From Squatina squatina (lineage: Eukaryota): a stretch of 53,314 nucleotides of DNA. A program made the position numbers and the translations under genes. Where the stretch lies: contig JARFOE010000004.1 of NCBI GenBank assembly GCA_031763465.1, positions 7,342,200 to 7,395,513 on the forward strand, read 5' to 3'. Shown here piece by piece: positions 52,939 through 53,314 of this stretch; position 1 is the first letter of the stretch; each line of letters begins with the position of its first letter. Under the pieces are notes generated by a model. That model was not told where the DNA came from. It worked only from the letters and a program-made list of their open reading frames with translations, and did no database searches.

Positions 52939-53314
52939 CTGCTGTTTGTGCTACTTGGTGACATTACAGCTCAAGTAGAACCAACTCCAAAGGCTGCTCT
53001 ATCCTCTAGTAAATACCGTCACTATGATCGTGCAACAGGGAAAGAAATTGACTGTAATAAGTGCCCTGCAGGAACGCATGTGTCTAAACATTGCACATCA
53101 TCATCGCTGCGAGACTGCAGACCCTGTAAAAATGGCACTTTCACTAAACATGAGAATGGCAACGATCAATGTCACACCTGCAGGCCCTGTGTGGCTCCGA
53201 TGATAGAGAAGTTCCCCTGCACTGCCTTTTCTGACCGTGAGTGCACTTGCCCACCTGGTACTTTTCTGTCTAACAAATCCTGTGTAGCGCATACAGTCTG
53301 TGGCATTGGTACGC
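52939..53314 (+). CDS. TNFRSF21: TNFRSF21 (DR6) exon 2, cysteine-rich domains (truncated by window end)
   Basis: Polypyrimidine tract and ttttag acceptor. Encodes LLFVLLGDITAQ...KYRHYDRATGKEIDCNKCPAGTHVSKHCT...GTFTKHENG...PMIEKFPCTAFSDRECTCPPGTF...HTVC, matching the DR6 ectodomain. Not present in the supplied ORF track. Confidence 0.95.
   Translation, partial: MLFVLLGDITAQVEPTPKAALSSSKYRHYDRATGKEIDCNKCPAGTHVSKHCTSSSLRDCRPCKNGTFTKHENGNDQCHTCRPCVAPMIEKFPCTAFSDRECTCPPGTFLSNKSCVAHTVCGIGT

Overview
Vertebrate genomic DNA, most likely from a cartilaginous fish (inferred from the shark-type CR1, SINE and Harbinger repeats). The assembly is heavily fragmented, with dozens of 100-N placeholder gaps. 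From left to right the recognisable genes are: two exons of an EVA1A-like gene (+); an isolated BRPF1-like PWWP exon inside its last intron; a near-complete PTCHD4 (+, three coding exons, the last one interrupted by foreign sequence); OPN5 exon 1 (-); one CD2AP SH3 exon (-); and TNFRSF21/DR6 exons 1-2 (+, cut off by the window end). The order and orientation PTCHD4-OPN5-CD2AP-TNFRSF21 matches the human 6p12 block, but most OPN5 and CD2AP exons are absent, which is best explained by collapsed gaps. The intergenic DNA contains RTE, CR1 and L2 LINE fragments, tRNA-derived SINEs, MITE-like palindromes and PIF/Harbinger remnants. I found no convincing new biological system. The best leads are the orphan BRPF1 exon, a putative long (EVA1C-like) form of EVA1A, a uORF cluster overlapping the TNFRSF21 start codon, and a candidate alternative first exon of CD2AP. 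Several oddities may be assembly artefacts. Gene identities come from recalled protein similarity, not from database searches.
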